From a virus (Duplodnaviria; Caudoviricetes): DNA of 47,487 bases. Below are positions 45,687 to 47,487 of the stretch, in pieces. The stretch lies in the IMG/VR virus record IMGVR_UViG_3300037440_000064, positions 1 through 47,487 of that record. One strand, written 5' to 3'. Below the pieces are notes generated by a model that saw only the letters and a list, made by a program, of their open reading frames with translations, searched no databases and was not told the DNA's origin. The position numbers were made by a program, and so were the translations under genes. The first letter of the stretch is position 1. The number at the start of each line of letters is the position of its first letter.

Positions 45687-46252
45687 TACATACTTTGGAA
45701 AAAATAAACTTGACAAGTACAAAATTGTGTGGTAATATCAGTCTAGACGATAGATATTTAATAATACCGTATAGTTCAGTTGACAAAAGTTTGGTTGTAA
45801 ACTACTGGTCCCACTTAGCCGATAACGACTTAATCAAGTTTCGACTTGGGGATATACCGAATCCCGGAGCAAAAGATGTTCAAGCAATGATATTGCGTAA
45901 CACTCGCAATATGTATTACATTGCAGATGCAAGTGACGCTACTTTAGTGGCCGAATTTACGGTAGTCCTTCTATCGGGGCAGATGGGGGCGATGCATTTT
46001 AGTGCTAACCCAAAAGTGACGTTTCAAGAAGCCATAGCGATAGGGAAGTGGGCTACGGATAGAGTTTTAAAATACTGGAAGTATGACGACGAGCCTTACC
46101 TTACTTCCATAATTGGTATAATCCCGAAGAGTAACAAGAAAGCGAACATCTACATTCGCAGAGTAGGATTCAAACGGGTCACAGAAGTTCCAAACGGCTG
46201 TAAGTATCTAGGAGAACTGGATACCGCGGTCATAAACATAAAGTCTAACTAA
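45677..46252 (+). CDS. GNAT-fold-like protein (start uncertain)
   Basis: IIGIIPKSNKKA...RRVGFKRV resembles an acetyltransferase motif; lies between terL and the virion genes. Confidence 0.5.
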   Translation: MGVIHTLEKINLTSTKLCGNISLDDRYLIIPYSSVDKSLVVNYWSHLADNDLIKFRLGDIPNPGAKDVQAMILRNTRNMYYIADASDATLVAEFTVVLLSGQMGAMHFSANPKVTFQEAIAIGKWATDRVLKYWKYDDEPYLTSIIGIIPKSNKKANIYIRRVGFKRVTEVPNGCKYLGELDTAVINIKSN

Positions 46253-46284
46253 CAGTTAGTTAAGAAGTAGTTAGGGTACATATT

Positions 46285-47010
46285 ATGGGAAAAGGTTCAT
46301 CAAAACCAACGCACTCTGCGGAGTATTCTTCGTACTTAGCTTCCTACAATGCGTCGAATCCTGCTCCGTCAAAAAAGCAGCCGATAGCGGCGACAGTATC
46401 TTCATATGTCCCACCACTTTCAGAACAAGCGTACTACGATGATAAGTATAAGCGTCAACAAGAAGAGTATTCAGCCAAGTTAGCACAAAGTCAAAAAGAA
46501 CAACAGGCAAGATTGGAGCAAGCGCAAAAAGAACAGGCTACTCTCTTAGCACAACAGAAAGCGGAGCAAGACGCAAAGCTTGCAGAGTTGGAGCGGAACA
46601 AGAAGATTGAGCAAAGAGACACGATTCTCTCTGACAGAAACACCGCCTCTACTTCTGCGGTTGATTACGTAAACCAGCAGATAGCTAGAGAAAAGTCAAA
46701 CGCTGCTCTCTTCGGTATTCAGTATGATGTAACTGACGGGAACAAGAGTAAGCGCATTGGGGATTACTTCTCTACGTTGTGGTCTACTGGACAAGACGAG
46801 CAGATTAATAACCTCTTTACCGAAGTCGGTAAACCGGAAGGGTTTACAGATTTCACTATTCAGGTAGGTGATGGTTCTACCGTCGAAGACGCTAAACAAA
46901 CAGCTTCACAAAAAGTTGTCGGAAAGACGAAGGGCACAAAGCCAAACGCTTCCATACTCTTATCTGGTCTCTCACCGTTAGGTGGTGACCAAACTATTTT
47001 AGGGGGATAA
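46285..47010 (+). CDS. Putative virion protein (coiled coil)
   Basis: MGKG start, Gln-rich coil, C-terminal TILGG. Confidence 0.6.
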   Translation: MGKGSSKPTHSAEYSSYLASYNASNPAPSKKQPIAATVSSYVPPLSEQAYYDDKYKRQQEEYSAKLAQSQKEQQARLEQAQKEQATLLAQQKAEQDAKLAELERNKKIEQRDTILSDRNTASTSAVDYVNQQIAREKSNAALFGIQYDVTDGNKSKRIGDYFSTLWSTGQDEQINNLFTEVGKPEGFTDFTIQVGDGSTVEDAKQTASQKVVGKTKGTKPNASILLSGLSPLGGDQTILGG

Positions 47011-47011
47011 T

Positions 47012-47395
47012 ATGGGAAAAGGCGGCGGGATGGTTGCACCCCCTAACTACACACCGAATACGGACAGCACCACCCAACAGTTTCAAATGGCGTTGGATAG
47101 CTACAAGTCTCAGACAGATTTGGCTATGCAGTCGAATGAGTCTTCTTTCAAACAGCAGTTACAGGCTTTACAGAGCAGTAATGATCAGTACCTATCTTCC
47201 CTACCCACCATCCTAGGCACTGATGCGGCCAATATGGATTGGGAAAAACAAGCGGCTGAATTGAAAAAGAAGATGGAAACACAATACGAAGCAGATGAAG
47301 CTAAGAAAAAGAGCAGGACAGCTACTATACTAACTTCCCCTCTTCTTGACTACCAAGACCCGATAACAGCTAATTCGATCTTAACAGGTAAATAA
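47012..47395 (+). CDS. Small virion protein upstream of portal (T7 gp7.3-like position)
   Basis: MGKGGG start; SRTATILTSPL...SILTG C-terminus. Confidence 0.6.
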   Translation: MGKGGGMVAPPNYTPNTDSTTQQFQMALDSYKSQTDLAMQSNESSFKQQLQALQSSNDQYLSSLPTILGTDAANMDWEKQAAELKKKMETQYEADEAKKKSRTATILTSPLLDYQDPITANSILTGK

Positions 47396-47487
47396 TGGAA
47401 AACTACAGTTTAGATAAAGCGTTATCTGAGTATTTGTCGCTTAAAGCTGAAAGGGCCGAATGGGAAGCTGAATGGGTCGAGATTAGT
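47395..47487 (+). CDS. Portal protein N-terminus (continues at the window start)
   Basis: ATG overlaps the upstream TAA; MENYSLDKALSEYLSLKAERAEWEAEWVEIS, with the portal-like R..WE..W.EI pattern. Confidence 0.85.
   Translation, partial: MENYSLDKALSEYLSLKAERAEWEAEWVEIS

Larger units (their letters stand above)
2069..46261. repeat. Dispersed palindrome AACTAAC-N(1-2)-GTTAGTT, at least 29 perfect copies
   Basis: 16-bp copies start at 2069, 3681, 6707, 8104, 9968, 11165, 13301, 14968, 17168, 22049, 23364, 24049, 27126, 31788, 33749, 34700, 36471, 38964, 39572, 39817, 43642, 44204. 15-bp copies start at 24793, 29686, 30432, 37826, 40290, 41844, 46247. Degenerate copies near 26228, 31820, 42751, 42852. 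Confidence 0.98.

Noticed and set aside
2069-46261. Palindrome copies or control-region repeats as a CRISPR array
   Set aside because: Copies are hundreds to thousands of bases apart, or tandem without unique spacers; no cas operon (DUF2800 is a common stand-alone phage nuclease)
46350-46370. TCGAATCC resembling a tRNA T-loop
   Set aside because: Inside a CDS, with no T stem, D arm or acceptor stem

Overview
Near-complete genome of a podovirus-type tailed dsDNA phage with a BPP-1/APSE-like gene set, opened inside the portal gene. The + arm (43728 to the end, then 1-24035) carries terminase, portal, scaffold, capsid, tail tube, ejection proteins, tail fibres and lysis genes. The - arm (41733 down to 24228) carries early genes, a MoxR-like AAA/VWA pair, primase-helicase, an HTH protein, DUF2800 nuclease, DUF2815 SSB, family A DNA polymerase, VRR-NUC and an SNF2-like helicase. 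I recognised no integrase, RNA polymerase or reverse transcriptase. The most striking non-gene signals are: (1) a palindrome AACTAAC-N(1-2)-GTTAGTT in at least 29 perfect copies across the genome, at gene junctions and inside long genes; (2) a predicted ~110-nt sRNA carrying the exact complement of a GGAGGTCAC leader shared by six early genes; (3) a ~173-nt tRNA-like RNA whose anticodon loop is replaced by a structured domain; (4) a 1.8-kb non-coding control region bracketed by long imperfect inverted repeats and filled with iteron-like repeats. Family names come from motif recognition and synteny, not database searches. All counts were made by eye.
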